Part shown: piece by piece, positions 1-8,200 of the stretch
Layout: each line of letters begins with the position of its first letter
Numbering within the stretch: position 1 is the stretch's first letter
From: a virus
Taxonomy: Duplodnaviria > Heunggongvirae > Uroviricota > Caudoviricetes
Virus record (IMG/VR): IMGVR_UViG_2617270975_000008
Strand: one strand, 5' to 3'
DNA: 21,665 nucleotides
The notes under the pieces: generated by a model
What the model was told of the DNA's origin: nothing
The model's input: the letters and a program-made list of their open reading frames with translations, nothing else
Database searches by the model: none
Translations under genes and position numbers: made by a program

Positions 1-26
1 TTCACAGAACCGTTTTTAAATTACCT

Positions 27-776
27 TCACTGATCTCCTTCGGTCAACGGAGATTGTATTTTCCGCATTGATTCTCCTTTAAGTTCGATCTTGATACTGC
101 CATGAACCAGTCGATCTAGGATGGCATCCGCATGTGTGGAGTCTCCGATCATTTTGTACCAGTTTTCCACCGGCAACTGGCTCACTACGATGATTGAGCC
201 TCGTTGGTACATCAGATCCACTATTTCCAGCAGGTCGCTACGCTGTTCTGATGAGAGAGGTTCCAGCCCCCAGTCATCCAGAAGCAGCAGATCGCTATTA
301 TTCAGCCTGGTCAAAAGTTTGCTGTATCTTCCATCAGCATGCCCCTGATAGCACTGTTCCATCAGCGCTTTAAGGCGATAATAGTAGACCTTGTATCCCT
401 GTCGGCAGGCATTATGACCAAGTGCACATGCCAGGAACGTTTTACCGCTGCCGGTGGCCCCGGTCAGTAAAATATTTTGTTTCAGGGTTAACCAGTTTCC
501 CTGACTGAGTGAACGGATGAGGGCCCTGTCCAGCCCTCTATTGTTACGATAATCCAGCTTTGATAACTCAGCATTAAGTCTGAACCGTGCATGTTTGATC
601 AGACGCTCTGCCTTCCTGTTTTCACGGCAGGTTAGTTCTTCTGCTGTCAGTAATGACAGGCGTTCTTCGAAGCCCAGCTCCTGGTATGTGCCCGGCTGAG
701 CAAGTTGCTTTTTAAGCGCATCACGGAAGCCGGTGAGTTTAAGTGCGGTCAGTTGTTCGTAAAGATGATTCATCAT
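27..776 (-). CDS. istB: IS21-family helper ATPase IstB
   Basis: 249 aa; Walker A GATGSGKTFLA and Walker B LLLLDDWG; overall IstB/DnaC-like AAA+ layout; immediately downstream of istA. Confidence 0.9.
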   Translation of the reverse strand: MMNHLYEQLTALKLTGFRDALKKQLAQPGTYQELGFEERLSLLTAEELTCRENRKAERLIKHARFRLNAELSKLDYRNNRGLDRALIRSLSQGNWLTLKQNILLTGATGSGKTFLACALGHNACRQGYKVYYYRLKALMEQCYQGHADGRYSKLLTRLNNSDLLLLDDWGLEPLSSEQRSDLLEIVDLMYQRGSIIVVSQLPVENWYKMIGDSTHADAILDRLVHGSIKIELKGESMRKIQSPLTEGDQ

Positions 777-787
777 TGGATCCCGTA

Positions 788-2329
788 TCAGTGGTAATAC
801 TCACTGCCGCGTACGTTTTCGTGTTCCATCGTGGATAACAGATCTGGTTTTGGATCCTGAACAGGTTGTTTATCCAGACCTTTTTCCAGGATCGATTTAA
901 TACCTGACAGACGCCATACCTTTGTTTTCAGAGCTCTTGCACATGCTGCATTAAGTCTGGCTTTACTGTATTTTTTATGAAGGTTCAGGAGTCCAAGGCA
1001 GAAGCGATAGCTTTGTTCCGGATGTGGACGAGAGTTCAGTATATGAAGCACATAACTATGAGTTTCACTGCCTATGTGCCCCGCCCATTCCAGAAGACGC
1101 TCTGGCGTCCAGGTGGCATGCTGTCGATGAGCTTCAGGCATGTGCTCGTTGCGGGTACTGTAGCCATAAGTACGCTTGCGCGGGTGCACAGCAACCTCCT
1201 GCCCCTGATTGAAGAGTCTTACCAGTTCTCCGGAGATCCATGCTTCCAGTTGCTGGCCTAACAGCGAACATGGAACCGAGTAGTAATGTTTGTCGATTTC
1301 CACGTGGTAATCGGCATGAACTCTGACTTTCTTCACCAGGGTGTAACTGTAACTGGCTTCAGGAAGAGGCTTCAGTGCGGGTTTATCAAGCTGGATGAAG
1401 AGTTCTGCACGTGAATAACCCAACTTCTGCATTATTTTGTTATTCAGTCTTTCCAGCAACTCCCGAATGCGCTGATTAAGCGATGCAAGGCTGTAGAAGA
1501 TCTCATGCCTGATTCGGGCCATGATCCAGCGTTCAACAACCTGAACGCCAACTTCAGCTTTGGCTTTATCTTTCGGTTTACGTGGCCGCGCAGGCAAAAC
1601 TGCGACATTATAATGCTCAAGCATCTGCTGGTAGGTAGGGTTAACGTCAGGATCATACTTACATGCCCTGGATGTGGCGCTTTTCAGATTGTCCGGAACA
1701 ACAAGTTCAGGAACGCCACCCAACCACTGGAAGCAGCGAACATGACTCATCACCCAGTCTTCAAGCTGCTGAGACCAGGTGGCCTCTGCCCATGTGTAAC
1801 TTGATGCCCCGAGAACAGCTACGATGACCTGAGCAGTTCTTATTTCTCCGGTCTCAGGGTCGGTAACGCCAACGGTAGGTCCACAGTAATCAACGAAAAG
1901 TTTTTCGCCAGCTTTATGTACCTGACGCATTGATGGTGAAGTGGTTTTGAGCCATTCACGGTACATCCGGCAGTAATGGTTATAGCTGTAAAAACCGCCT
2001 GGATTACGCTCACAGTATTCTTCCCAGAGTAGCTGCAGCGTCACGCATTTATTACGCAGTTCCCGGTGTACTGTAGCCCAGTCAGGCAGAGAGTGCTTCT
2101 TCATCTTAACCTGGGTCTGAAGGAACGCATGTTTTAGTTTTGTATCATCCCATCCTGTAGGTAAGGGCCACTGCTTTATGCCAAGTTGAGCCGCCCGATT
2201 AGCATATCTGGATACAACGGAAGGGGAGATTGCAAGACTACGACCAATTTGTCGATGGCTGAGTCCAACACCGTATTTAAGCCTAAGAATTTCTTTAAGT
2301 TTTCTCATAGAAATTGGAACTGTTGGCAT
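788..2329 (-). CDS. istA: IS21-family transposase IstA
   Basis: 513 aa; N-terminal HTH (LSHRQIGRSLAISPSVVSRY) followed by an rve-type integrase core; 11-nt gap to istB. Confidence 0.85.
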   Translation of the reverse strand: MPTVPISMRKLKEILRLKYGVGLSHRQIGRSLAISPSVVSRYANRAAQLGIKQWPLPTGWDDTKLKHAFLQTQVKMKKHSLPDWATVHRELRNKCVTLQLLWEEYCERNPGGFYSYNHYCRMYREWLKTTSPSMRQVHKAGEKLFVDYCGPTVGVTDPETGEIRTAQVIVAVLGASSYTWAEATWSQQLEDWVMSHVRCFQWLGGVPELVVPDNLKSATSRACKYDPDVNPTYQQMLEHYNVAVLPARPRKPKDKAKAEVGVQVVERWIMARIRHEIFYSLASLNQRIRELLERLNNKIMQKLGYSRAELFIQLDKPALKPLPEASYSYTLVKKVRVHADYHVEIDKHYYSVPCSLLGQQLEAWISGELVRLFNQGQEVAVHPRKRTYGYSTRNEHMPEAHRQHATWTPERLLEWAGHIGSETHSYVLHILNSRPHPEQSYRFCLGLLNLHKKYSKARLNAACARALKTKVWRLSGIKSILEKGLDKQPVQDPKPDLLSTMEHENVRGSEYYH

Positions 2330-2339
2330 AGGTATCCTT

Positions 2340-2507
2340 TACCGGAATGGCAAAAGATACAGATCAACACACCTGTGAAGTTCCAATAACATTGATGGAG
2401 ATCACTGAATAACAAAATGAGTCAAAAGTGATCTCCATCGATGTTATTCAGCGATCTGTTCAAATGTTATTACCCGATCTCGATGGAAGTTATTGAGTGA
2501 TCTCCTT
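2340..2507. repeat. IS21-type subterminal repeat cluster (multiple direct and inverted copies of GATCTCC / GTTATT motifs)
   Basis: Seen directly: ggagatcactgaataac (2398-2414), gtgatctcc (2431-2439), gatgttattcagcgatct, aatgttattacccgatct, gaagttattgagtgatctcc (2486-2503). Confidence 0.6.
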
Positions 2508-2960
2508 TCATGAAAATACGCAACCGTCCTTAATCCACCAGCGAATCGCCTCACACGCTCCCCTGCGGTCACCAGCATTCAGCCGCTTATAAAACGTCGA
2601 CGGGAAACACTTACCGGGGCCAATGTTATAGGGACAGAATGACGCTATACCCGCTTTCTGTGGTTCGGTCAGTGGAACTTTAATATTGCGCTCCACCCAT
2701 GCCAGCGCCTTATCCCGTTCAATGGCATTAACCTGGTCGCATTTTTCCTTCGACAGTTTCATGCCCGGAATAACAGGTTTACCATCCACCATTGTGGCAC
2801 CGCGGCAGATGGTCCAGATACCCGCACCATCACGGTATGCCGTTGTGTGGTTACCTTCTTTTTCATCCAGAAACTGGTCGAGAATATCAGGCGCAGGCGC
2901 ACCGATGGCAATCAACGCCAGAACGGCAGCCGACAGGCCATATTTGATTTTGGTGTTCAT
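2508..2960 (-). CDS. R: Phage endolysin R (lysozyme, SAR-type signal-anchor N-terminus); C-terminus replaced by IS-derived codons (CVFS-stop)
   Basis: 150 aa; N-terminus MNTKIKYGLSAAVLALIAIGA matches the hydrophobic SAR segment of Stx-phage/P21-type lysozymes as recalled; conserved lysozyme core; reading frame runs into the IS repeat region after WWIKDG. Confidence 0.85.
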   Translation of the reverse strand: MNTKIKYGLSAAVLALIAIGAPAPDILDQFLDEKEGNHTTAYRDGAGIWTICRGATMVDGKPVIPGMKLSKEKCDQVNAIERDKALAWVERNIKVPLTEPQKAGIASFCPYNIGPGKCFPSTFYKRLNAGDRRGACEAIRWWIKDGCVFS

Positions 2961-3088
2961 GGATATTTATCAGGATTTATCGGTTCCGAATCCCTGGATA
3001 TGTTAAATCTTCAGCCCGCCAGCGGTAGGACACTGGCGTTTTTCCTGATGGCTGAAATATATCTGACAATTTCAGTAGAGGATTAACC

Positions 3089-3403
3089 ATGCATAACGAT
3101 CAACATAATTATGATTTATGCCTGCAAGCCATAAATGAGCGGGTAAAATCAGAGTGCCTCTTACTCCTCCCACAAGAACACGATGCAGTAAAATCCATTC
3201 AGGCTGAGCCGTATGGACATCTCACACCTGTGACTCTCGGCATTATCGCCAGAGCATTAACACAGCCCATGCTTATGCGTATTAAGACCAATATAAATAA
3301 CTGGTTGAATGAAGAATTAAGCTACCTTGATTGTGAGTGGGACAATCATTACGCAAAAACACAAAAAGAACGCATCTTCAGTCGATTATCCAGCAACAGA
3401 TAA
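3089..3403 (+). CDS. Hypothetical protein (104 aa), antisense to the late operon, inside the S-R insertion
   Basis: Strong SD (GAGGA, 7 nt before ATG); lower GC than backbone; no family recognised. Confidence 0.55.
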   Translation: MHNDQHNYDLCLQAINERVKSECLLLLPQEHDAVKSIQAEPYGHLTPVTLGIIARALTQPMLMRIKTNINNWLNEELSYLDCEWDNHYAKTQKERIFSRLSSNR

Positions 3404-3412
3404 CGAGCCACC

Positions 3413-4219
3413 TTATATACGCCCTTTCAGATAAGTCATCCCCGGCTGCATCCAGTCAACAGGTGCTTTCTTAAAGGGCGTATTATCAAAATCACGCAGA
3501 AGAGCCTCCAGCACAACTGCATCATTGTCAGCACCACTGGCCATCATTTCAATCTCAGCTGCTACCTGCAGATATCCCATGCAACGACCAATGCGCTTCA
3601 TCAGCCCCTGCTTTTTATTGTTCTTCAGGTAATCAATGGCAAATTCAATGAGCGCCTCACTATGCTGGTGCGATGGCGGTGTTAATTTCCCATTTTCTGA
3701 GATGGTTATTTTCCCGCCATCTCCGTATACAACAAAGGATGGCCGGTTACACTCCCATTCCTGATCTTTATCAGGTGCAGACGCAATAAAATAACGTTTA
3801 TTTCCTTCCTCTCCGGCACTTTTAACCGTAATGGAGTACTCAGACTGCAGACAAGACGCCTCTTTTTCTGACCGCAGTGTTGACGGCGGCATCTTCAGAG
3901 AACCAGTAATTCTTCCCGGTAGCTTTCCTTTGTAGGTTATCAACACATCCTGCGCCTCTAAAATTATGGGGCGCTTTTCCGGCAACGGTTCGTTCCCTTC
4001 ACATAACCCGGCAGCAACATCCATGAAAAACTGCTTCGCCTGCTTTTTCGCCTCAGCTTCGTAAAACTCCAGCGTGGCACCTTCAGTACGGTCAAGACTA
4101 ATCGCCACATTTGGCAACAACAGTGACGGATACCCACCAATTTCCAGTACCACAGTAACAGTAATCTTATCCGGGTAATTATTTATCCCTTTAACAACCA
4201 GTTCGTATTTTTTCTTCAT
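3413..4219 (-). CDS. Hypothetical protein (268 aa) inserted between holin and endolysin; expressed in the late operon
   Basis: ATG 5 nt after the S stop with GGGGAGAG SD; no TM segment or signal peptide evident; no family recognised. Confidence 0.65.
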   Translation of the reverse strand: MKKKYELVVKGINNYPDKITVTVVLEIGGYPSLLLPNVAISLDRTEGATLEFYEAEAKKQAKQFFMDVAAGLCEGNEPLPEKRPIILEAQDVLITYKGKLPGRITGSLKMPPSTLRSEKEASCLQSEYSITVKSAGEEGNKRYFIASAPDKDQEWECNRPSFVVYGDGGKITISENGKLTPPSHQHSEALIEFAIDYLKNNKKQGLMKRIGRCMGYLQVAAEIEMMASGADNDAVVLEALLRDFDNTPFKKAPVDWMQPGMTYLKGRI

Positions 4220-4223
4220 CGCT

Positions 4224-4439
4224 TTACTCTCCCCGCGCCGCCTTACGCCGGTCCTCTCTGATTTTGAAATACAGGTTAGTCAGATATGTCAGCAGCCCAA
4301 ACAGCAGACTCCCCAGCACGCCTATTGCCGCCCACTGAGACGGGGAAACCCTGTCCAGCAACTGCAGGAACCAGTAGCCCGTTCCCACCGCTGACGTGGT
4401 GTATGACACACCTGTTGTGATTTTTTCCATCTGGTACAT
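4224..4439 (-). CDS. S: Phage holin S (class with dual-start MYQMEK motif)
   Basis: [71 protein letters not shown] matches Stx-phage holin as recalled; two hydrophobic segments and charged C-tail. The 97-aa track ORF is an upstream extension. Confidence 0.85.
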   Translation of the reverse strand: MYQMEKITTGVSYTTSAVGTGYWFLQLLDRVSPSQWAAIGVLGSLLFGLLTYLTNLYFKIREDRRKAARGE

Positions 4440-4473
4440 ACCCCGTCTCCCGTTATCCGGAAGCTGACAACAA

Positions 4474-4503
4474 TAAAAAAAGCCACCAGTTAAGTACTGA
4501 TGG
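4474..4503 (-). terminator. Intrinsic terminator between nanS-p and S (hairpin gccaucag/cugguggc followed by U-run on minus-strand RNA)
   Basis: Plus strand aaaaaaagccaccagttaagtactgatggc; 8-bp stem with one G-U pair, A-run on plus strand gives U-tract on minus transcript. Confidence 0.5.
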
Positions 4504-4589
4504 CTCTGATAACTCATGCAGGCATCTCAGACGACCCACTGACACTACCGGTGAGTTTAACGATACCTTCCATTTGACTGGCTCACTTT

Positions 4590-6458
4590 TTATGATGATG
4601 CCGGTGCATTTATCTCCAGCACCAGACTTTCTATCTCAACGCCATACGCTGCATTTTTGGTAATATCCGTCAGCGTCAGCGCATTCAGCCCCAGTGTCAG
4701 ACTGTCTTTTATGACCTGGAATGCCGGGCCAGCCACTCCATTCAGTTTCGGAGTAACCGTGGCACTGCCGGCGGTGAACACCAGCTCCAGCGTCTGCCAG
4801 TCGTTACTGTAATTCCCGAACTCGCCCAACTTTGTGTTTCCGGCTTTCTTGTGATGCATCAGATTCAGTTTGCCGTCTGTGGTCTGGGTGAAGAACGACA
4901 TCAGGAACGGGTTACCAGTCCCGGTCATCGCCACGACGTCAGGTAACGCTACATCGGTATACAGATAAATTCCCAGACCGAACTGGTTGTTGGTCAGTGC
5001 GCCTGACAGTCGAAACTTACAGCTCAGTCTGCCACCCCGTGTCAGCAGGGAGACTGCGTCATCCACCGGATGCATCAGGGACCAGGTTTTATTGCTCTGC
5101 TTGGTAACCTTAAACACACCATCTTCCAGCGCAACACTGCCGCCGGTGATGGTCCAGCCCTGCGCAGCAGCCTCTCCGGCTGTCGGCAGCAGGGAGATTG
5201 TGCGAACGGACGTATCTGCAGACGGACCCGATGGCGTGTCGCCGCCGGGCGAGGGTTTGATTTCCGGTGCCTTACCACTGATGAAGGCTGAGGTGCGCCC
5301 GGCTACGTTCAGAATAGCAGTTGCCATACGATCGGGAATAATGCCACGACGCGCCCATGAGCTGAAATGCGTCGGGCGATTTGATGATACCCAGTTTTTG
5401 TTCGTTCGGGATGCCGAACCGTAATAACCAGACCCGGCAATATCAGGATCTTCTGACGGGTTGTTTGTCGGTGTATTAACTCCGCTACCATCGGTCATAA
5501 AGGGAACAAAATAAATCTGCTGGGATTCTTTACCTTTATATGCACCATATACCACTTCATATTGCGTACCGTGTTCTTGTTTCCACGCGTATGTCGTGTC
5601 GCCACAAATCCAGGGGACTGATGCCGGACTTCCACCGTGACACTGCGCTGCCAGCCCGGCAAGGTCAGCACGGAACTGCTGTACCATTGCAAGAAATGCT
5701 GCTGGCTGCTGGGCGTAACTGGCATTCGTCATATCGAATTCCCCCTGCATCCAGCATATCGCCAGCAAAACGTTTTTCGGGTTTTTCTGCAATGCTGCCT
5801 TCGTGCGGAAAAGCAGATCCTGATATAACGGCTTACCCACTCCCCAGCGAGCCGAATCCTGACTGGCCCCCGTGGACTCGCTGAATGTCCCCTCCGTGCC
5901 CTGGGTGAATGCCGAACCACCACGACAGCATGGTACCAGCAGGATCCCCGCATTATTAGGGATATACGGAAGCAGTTTTTTGGCAATATGTAAGCCCTGG
6001 CCGACACAGCCGTACTGCCCTTTGCTCAGGTCAGCCCGGGGATGGTTAATCGTACTCATATCCTGAACATCATGCAGACAATGGTCAGCAGGAATGATGT
6101 CGTTAAATACGCATACTTCACCACCGGGAGTCACTGTGTTACGACGGGCCAGTTGCTTAATGCGCGGATGGGGCGCATCGTATGAATCCGGAAGCGGAAG
6201 CCCTTCACCGTAAGCCATGGCATTGGACTGCCCGGCCAGTACGATGACGTAGTACCACTCCGGCTCAGTTGCACCACTGACGACCACATCACCTTCTGCT
6301 GCAATCGCCTGCATCAGGGTATAAGGGGTTATGGCCACCGGACTACCAAACGGCTGCCAGCCCTCTTTCAGTTTATGTGTCAGCTTTTCCGCAAGATCTG
6401 ACGGCGACGCCGCCCTGACAACATCATAGTGTTTAAATGCCATGGTTCTTTCCACCAT
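4590..6458 (-). CDS. nanS-p: NanS-p-like sialate O-acetylesterase (N-terminal DUF1737-like region, SASA/SGNH esterase domain, C-terminal carbohydrate-binding-like region)
   Basis: 622 aa; GQSN catalytic-serine motif (VIVLAGQSNAMAYG); position immediately upstream of holin S as in Stx phages. Confidence 0.7.
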   Translation of the reverse strand: MVERTMAFKHYDVVRAASPSDLAEKLTHKLKEGWQPFGSPVAITPYTLMQAIAAEGDVVVSGATEPEWYYVIVLAGQSNAMAYGEGLPLPDSYDAPHPRIKQLARRNTVTPGGEVCVFNDIIPADHCLHDVQDMSTINHPRADLSKGQYGCVGQGLHIAKKLLPYIPNNAGILLVPCCRGGSAFTQGTEGTFSESTGASQDSARWGVGKPLYQDLLFRTKAALQKNPKNVLLAICWMQGEFDMTNASYAQQPAAFLAMVQQFRADLAGLAAQCHGGSPASVPWICGDTTYAWKQEHGTQYEVVYGAYKGKESQQIYFVPFMTDGSGVNTPTNNPSEDPDIAGSGYYGSASRTNKNWVSSNRPTHFSSWARRGIIPDRMATAILNVAGRTSAFISGKAPEIKPSPGGDTPSGPSADTSVRTISLLPTAGEAAAQGWTITGGSVALEDGVFKVTKQSNKTWSLMHPVDDAVSLLTRGGRLSCKFRLSGALTNNQFGLGIYLYTDVALPDVVAMTGTGNPFLMSFFTQTTDGKLNLMHHKKAGNTKLGEFGNYSNDWQTLELVFTAGSATVTPKLNGVAGPAFQVIKDSLTLGLNALTLTDITKNAAYGVEIESLVLEINAPASS

Positions 6459-6636
6459 CTGAAAAATGATTCTTTAAAATACCTGACATGTAATACAGAA
6501 AAAACACAAAACCATACCTTAATTAAAAACCTCATCATCAAGCAGATATGCATGGATAAACTACAAGACGAGATATAAACCACCCTGCATTTAAATAAAC
6601 AATAAACAACATCAGAAAAATAATTCTGCTCTATGG

Positions 6637-6665
6637 TTTACAATCAAAAATATCATTTATACTTT
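6637..6665 (+). promoter_or_regulatory. Candidate sigma-70 promoter for ORF 6704-7039 (TTTACA, 17-nt spacer, TACTTT)
   Basis: Seen in sequence; motif match only. Confidence 0.35.
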
Positions 6666-6703
6666 TCAGAACATCACCAGCAAGGCATAAACAAGGAAAC
6701 TAA

Positions 6704-7039
6704 ATGAAGTGGATTGTGATTGATACAGTTATCCAGCCATCATGCGGAATATCTTTTTCAGTCATATGGAGTAAAATAAAATTAATAATCTGGTATCAAT
6801 CGGATGCTTTCTTACCTCCTGAAAGTATATTTACACTGACTCACACAGGCATCATGCTCAATAACAAAGTGCTGCCTGTAACCATTTACAACGTAGTACC
6901 ATTCAATAAAACATTCTGGAATTTAATCAAAAACAGCCAGGAATGCCCTACAAATACAGATAACGTATTGAATGAATGCTTTAATAACCGTTGCACTCTG
7001 CAAATATGTCCTTATGGGCTAAAACAACAAAGTCCATAA
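6704..7039 (+). CDS. Hypothetical Cys-containing protein (111 aa) in AT-rich cargo at the stx-equivalent locus
   Basis: AAGGAA SD 5-6 nt before ATG; long ORF in AT-rich DNA where stops are frequent; antisense to late operon. Confidence 0.5.
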   Translation: MKWIVIDTVIQPSCGISFSVIWSKIKLIIWYQSDAFLPPESIFTLTHTGIMLNNKVLPVTIYNVVPFNKTFWNLIKNSQECPTNTDNVLNECFNNRCTLQICPYGLKQQSP

Positions 7040-7074
7040 GGAGTTTACTCACATCTGACAAAATCAATATAAAC

Positions 7075-7096
7075 AGCCCCTCCGGAGAGGGGCTGG
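7075..7096 (-). terminator. Stem-loop (cccctc cgga gagggg core) with U-rich tail on minus-strand RNA; candidate terminator
   Basis: Plus strand cagcccctccggagaggggctg preceded by aaaatcaatataaa, giving a T-rich tail after the hairpin on the minus strand. Confidence 0.4.
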
Positions 7097-7486
7097 AGAG
7101 TGGCGCTATGTGCCATTGCATGGTGCCGGGTGCCTCCCGGTGAATTCAGTACCAGCACCTGAATCCGCGATTATCCCATATACCTACTCGCTGATTGCCC
7201 CTCCGCACAGGGGGATTCACCATGCCAGTTTCTTTTAACAAACTCCCCGCAAACCAGACAACAGTCAACCGCCTGAATTGTGAAGTATTTAAAAATTTCT
7301 CCCGCTAACTGATACCCGGCTAACAGTCTGGCGTTTTCTTTTTCAGCAACGGGAAAGCAGCAACCACCACACCCGCCACCAGCACACCGTCAGCCAGCAC
7401 TGACATTATCCGGCTGCTGCAATGCCATTCACAAAAACAGTAAGCAATCACTTTTTACCGTAACCGGTGATAATCCAGATATGTAT

Positions 7487-7843
7487 CTACCCCAGATGAG
7501 TAATCCGAAGTTCATCCATACCACAGGTCCTGGCTATTCTGTTGTACTCCTGAACAAGAGCAAATAATTCTGAATTAGCCACCATGAACTCATCGCAAAC
7601 CCTCTGTATAGCATCACTATTCAGAATAATAACGTCTCTTCCCGAAAGACGATCAGGAGTACAGAACAAAACTGTCAAACGGCTGAAGGCCTTTGCTCGT
7701 TCTGCATTGACTATATCAATACGCTGCCTAAGGATGAAACACCCCGACGCCTCATCAATATTCACTCTACCCACACCATATGAATGATAAATATTTAATG
7801 CTGAAAAAACCATTAGACCGTATAACAAACACTCAATCAACAC
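7487..7843 (-). CDS. Hypothetical protein (118 aa from TTG; first ATG at residue 11) in cargo region
   Basis: ORF in AT-rich DNA, late-operon orientation; weak translation signals. Confidence 0.3.
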   Translation of the reverse strand: MLIECLLYGLMVFSALNIYHSYGVGRVNIDEASGCFILRQRIDIVNAERAKAFSRLTVLFCTPDRLSGRDVIILNSDAIQRVCDEFMVANSELFALVQEYNRIARTCGMDELRITHLG

Positions 7844-7950
7844 TTAACAGAACTTTTATTTTTGACAAACATATAATATTTTCAACAATATCCTGAGCCA
7901 GGTATATTTCAGTATAAGGCTCTGCCGAAAGGAATCTGGAAGAATGAATA

Positions 7951-8027
7951 TGGCGCGCTGTACTGGATTCGAACCAGTGACCGATTGCTTAGAAGGCAAT
8001 TGCTCTGTCCGGCTGAGCTAACAACGC
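7951..8027 (-). tRNA. argO: tRNA-Arg (anticodon UCU)
   Basis: Manual cloverleaf: acceptor GCGTTGT/ACAGCGC, anticodon stem ATTGC/GCAAT, loop CTTCTAA, T-loop TTCGAAT, CCA end. Confidence 0.85.
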
Positions 8028-8040
8028 ATGATGCAGATAA

Positions 8041-8117
8041 TGGACCGCCATCGGGGACTTGAACCCCGCGCAGCCAGCTTCGAAGGCTGGCGCTCTATCC
8101 CGATGAGCTAATGGCGG
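8041..8117 (-). tRNA. argN: tRNA-Arg (anticodon UCG)
   Basis: Manual cloverleaf: acceptor CCGCCAT/ATGGCGG, anticodon stem CCAGC/GCTGG, loop CTTCGAA, T-stem CGGGG/CCCCG, CCA end. Confidence 0.85.
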
Positions 8118-8124
8118 TATGTGA

Positions 8125-8200
8125 TGGTGGCCCTTGCTGGATTTGAACCAGCGACCTGGCGATTATGAGTCGCTCGCTCTCACCACTGAGCTAAAGGGCC
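8125..8200 (-). tRNA. ileZ: tRNA with CAU anticodon (Ile2 lysidine-type as in Stx-phage ileZ, or elongator Met)
   Basis: Manual cloverleaf: acceptor GGCCCTT/AAGGGCC, loop CTCATAA, T-stem GCTGG/CCAGC, CCA end; gene order Ile-Arg-Arg matches recalled Stx-phage ileZ-argN-argO. Confidence 0.8.

Larger units (their letters stand above)
1..2519 (-). mobile_element. IS21-family insertion sequence (istA-istB); left end inserted into endolysin gene near 2508-2520, right end at or beyond window start
   Basis: Adjacent istA/istB pair on minus strand; cluster of short repeats (GTGATCTCC / GGAGATCAC and GTTATT-containing units) at 2390-2507 and a related copy at 27-41, typical of IS21-type multi-repeat ends. 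Exact termini not resolved. Confidence 0.8.

Noticed and set aside
121-2389. ORFs 121-348, 977-1261, 1024-1212, 1444-1656, 1505-1804 and 2186-2389 overlapping istA/istB
   Set aside because: Embedded in or antisense to the IS21 transposase genes; no independent signals.
2686-3086. Plus-strand ORFs 2686-3006 and 2847-3086 over the endolysin gene and its upstream region
   Set aside because: Antisense to the endolysin; no RBS; the real plus-strand gene here starts at 3089 with a strong SD.
4224-4517. 97-aa version of the holin ORF starting at 4517
   Set aside because: The extension runs through the terminator hairpin and lacks an RBS; the MYQMEK dual-start at 4439 fits the recalled holin.
4987-6066. 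Several 60-145 aa ORFs on both strands inside the nanS-p region (4987-5424, 5070-5291, 5075-5278, 5309-5491, 5495-5725, 5540-5884, 5637-5828, 5729-6007, 5872-6066)
   Set aside because: All lie within the long, well-supported nanS-p reading frame, lack RBS and have GC-rich, low-complexity translations typical of off-frame artefacts.
7850-7880. Plus-strand TTGACA followed by TATAAT upstream of the tRNA cluster as a promoter
   Set aside because: Spacer between the hexamers is only 4 nt, and the tRNAs are on the minus strand.
6459-7950. Possible Shiga toxin genes (stxA/stxB) at the canonical position between the phage tRNAs and nanS-p
   Set aside because: No ORF of stxA size (about 319 aa) or stxB-like secreted 89-aa product is present; the slot holds unrelated AT-rich ORFs.
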